A program made the translations under genes and the position numbers. Source: a virus (lineage: Duplodnaviria > Heunggongvirae > Uroviricota > Caudoviricetes). From it: a stretch of DNA of 27,523 bases. Below, piece after piece: positions 26,501 to 27,523 of this stretch; position 1 is the stretch's first letter, and the number at the start of each line of letters is the position of its first letter. The notes below the pieces were generated by a model. That model was not told the DNA's origin. It saw nothing but the letters and a program-made list of their open reading frames with translations, and searched no databases. The DNA lies in the IMG/VR virus record IMGVR_UViG_3300029842_000004; one strand, 5' to 3'.

Positions 26501-27522
26501 GTAGATGTGAAAGGAGCACCAACAACATCTTGTTCGGTTACGGTAATCTTAGACCCCACCTGGCCTTCATTGCAATCGTTTTTGGTAAATTCCTCACTGT
26601 ATTTACCAGTCCACGTACAATGGCCGTCCCGGTTGGCTATGGCCTGACCCTGCTGCTCGACGGCAGCCTGAGCGAGCGCGTTAGCCGCCTCCTGGCTTTC
26701 GTATGAAGTAAAAGGACCACCAGTTACATCGTCTTGGTCTACCGTTACCTGCGAACCTACGCCTTCTCCTTCACAATTGTCTTTTGTGAATACCTTGCTA
26801 TATACACCAACAAATTGGTTTTTATCTATGCAAGTACCTTTCTTATTTGCAAGATCTTGTTTCTGTTCTTCCATAGCTGCTTCAGCCAACGCGTTAGCTG
26901 CTTCCTGGCTTTCTCTTGACACAAAAGCATCTGGATATCCGGCAAGATCCTTTTCAGTCAAATCAACGAAGCTTCCGGTCTGAGATTCGGCATCGCAATC
27001 ATTTTTCTGAACACGAGCCGAAGCCTTTCCAACGAAATAGTTTGGATCAGTAACGCATTCTCCATTCAGGTTTGCCTGATCCTGACCGTTTTTCTCTATA
27101 TCATCAAGAGCTTTCTTATCAGCATCTTCTTGACTTACGTCTGATGTGTATTTACCGGCTTCTACTGTGTAAGTGTAAGGCGCTCCGATAAATCCATCTT
27201 CACAGTCATTTTTATAAAATACTTTTGACTTCTCTACGTTATACCATAAATTTGTTTCACATGTACCATGCTCATTAGCATAACCTGGACCTTCAGCTTC
27301 CAAGGCATCCAAAGCCTTCTGATTAGCATCCTCCTTAGAAACAGAAGAAGAGAAGCGGCCGGCTTCTACAACATACTCTACCATAGATCCAACTTCAGTT
27401 ACCTCACAATCTGTCTTTTGGAACATTTTGGATTTCCTGTCGTTGTACCATTTTATGGTATTGCAAGTACCATGAGAATTAGCATAGTCTTGACCTTTGG
27501 CGTTCAACTCAGCTTCAGCCTT
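23563..27522 (-). CDS. Large Cys-rich fibre/adhesin-like protein with DUF5977 repeats and BACON domains (N-terminus outside window)
   Basis: About 10 complete repeats S..FTKxxC..G..GS.V.V.....F.S..SQ.DAN.KA......GQ..AN..G.C. These are followed by two BACON-like units (SKPSW...AN.....R.G.....QN.SGKT.....Q) and a Cys-containing C-terminal domain. The frame stays open to the window edge (KAEAELNAKGQ). Confidence 0.85.
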   Translation of the reverse strand, partial: KAEAELNAKGQDYANSHGTCNTIKWYNDRKSKMFQKTDCEVTEVGSMVEYVVEAGRFSSSVSKEDANQKALDALEAEGPGYANEHGTCETNLWYNVEKSKVFYKNDCEDGFIGAPYTYTVEAGKYTSDVSQEDADKKALDDIEKNGQDQANLNGECVTDPNYFVGKASARVQKNDCDAESQTGSFVDLTEKDLAGYPDAFVSRESQEAANALAEAAMEEQKQDLANKKGTCIDKNQFVGVYSKVFTKDNCEGEGVGSQVTVDQDDVTGGPFTSYESQEAANALAQAAVEQQGQAIANRDGHCTWTGKYSEEFTKNDCNEGQVGSKITVTEQDVVGAPFTSTVSQDDANNKAQAAVKEQGQAIANNKGNCEDMTVYTGHYSKRFVPECEACHKGVEMEVTAEMVNGSPVTSTESQDAADAEARRIVEEGGQAYVNKNGTCTPLSTDPVWEDVEPEELRCNEGKSQKKQRDTNECSETHNQERWVDGGNKVCSWTGHYTETFQKNDCEIPDSGTEVEVSEADVEGNPFISFVSQEDADNKAKEAVKAQGQNIANQKGKCRFVGVYSKEFTKDNCGSCQHGVPMSVTQDMVGGPFYSNESQEEANRLAQEAVEAQGQAYVNKNGTCETDNTDPVWEDSEPLETKCEGGKSYKKQVNTNECYGGENERWVEGGDKVCTWTGTYSKVFTKQCADGGVGSEVTIDQDDVTGGPFTSTVSQEDANSKAQAAVEQQGQALADAQGTCTWTGKASKVFTRNNCGTCQHGSSVTVTQDQVGGPFTSNISQADANKKAQDAVNSQGQAVANKNGDCVADSTTPSWSDTGSTRCDGCTSQKQQRDTNPCSSSYNDTRWVNGGGESCTDWSYYGTGDCVGHTQYNAYQDSCSGSIDRQYSVSCGNCCNCGSYGSWKEVGCGSGSNSNKVKYVRYDDCGNQDVKYELEVGKCGYAPYEFQFHDGRTSESRSVTGESQDIEEVIISTKSNSYIGFSVKSKPSWCSVDYRDQTSESMKAVVTLSANTTSSSRSGDIVFVQNESGKTVTLSISQARQMLYKFTFDDGTTSDKSLSVQAASNNAQYTIKSTLNGSYHGYSTTSKPSWITTEYKNQTSDSMVCVLKITANTSTSSSRTGSVLLTQNDSGKTLKINVTQAAAEKPLVTISLIGDSSRQQQSATMNKKGCNYSCPSGNAIMAMYMEGDENGKFQFWYAPLIPEGGQSGVNVTYGGETQTVTTSTKNGERLNVPAGSVVTGIYCTSVENGYFALKYRPVYINGKSVSTPSTCGGSSDTCNTKNCGCWVRCSFNPFTGMAMEGDENGCVYSFWGKPTASVRL

Positions 27523-27523
27523 A

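Noticed and set aside
23563..27522. Diversity-generating retroelement template/variable repeat
   Set aside because: The nucleotide repeats are in-frame protein repeats, I saw no adenine-specific mismatch pattern, and no reverse transcriptase is in the window.
1..27523. Stop-codon reassignment as in some crAss-like phages
   Set aside because: ORFs of 2287 and >1300 aa are intact in the standard code, and TAG (20345, 21734) and TGA (18312) end genes at sensible boundaries.

Overview
This is a 27.5 kb segment of a Bacteroidota-infecting tailed phage. The host assignment rests on recurrent TAnnTTTG promoter elements and BACON/DUF5977 proteins; crAss-like affinity is inferred from the stabilization/ring/IHF-like gene set. 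Nearly all genes are on the minus strand and read in the standard code. The backbone is a virion/tail module: a partial Cys-rich DUF5977+BACON fibre, two ring-like proteins, a BACON protein, a frameshifted Gly-rich protein, a 2287-aa stabilization-like protein and a double tail-lysozyme protein. Inserted cassettes comprise two KilA-N paralogs, a BRO-N/ANT antirepressor and a Ro60/TROVE gene. The main discovery is directly upstream of Ro60 (6737-7156, minus strand): a promoter-driven, terminator-bounded array of three Y-RNA-like tRNA mimics. One has the known circularly permuted YrlA topology. The other two carry the same scaffold on a non-permuted tRNA body with intact Tyr(GUA) and Lys(UUU) anticodon loops. 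A second notable element is three covarying 37-nt tandem-GA hairpins at 1647-1834, possibly part of an origin. All calls were made by eye; no searches were run.
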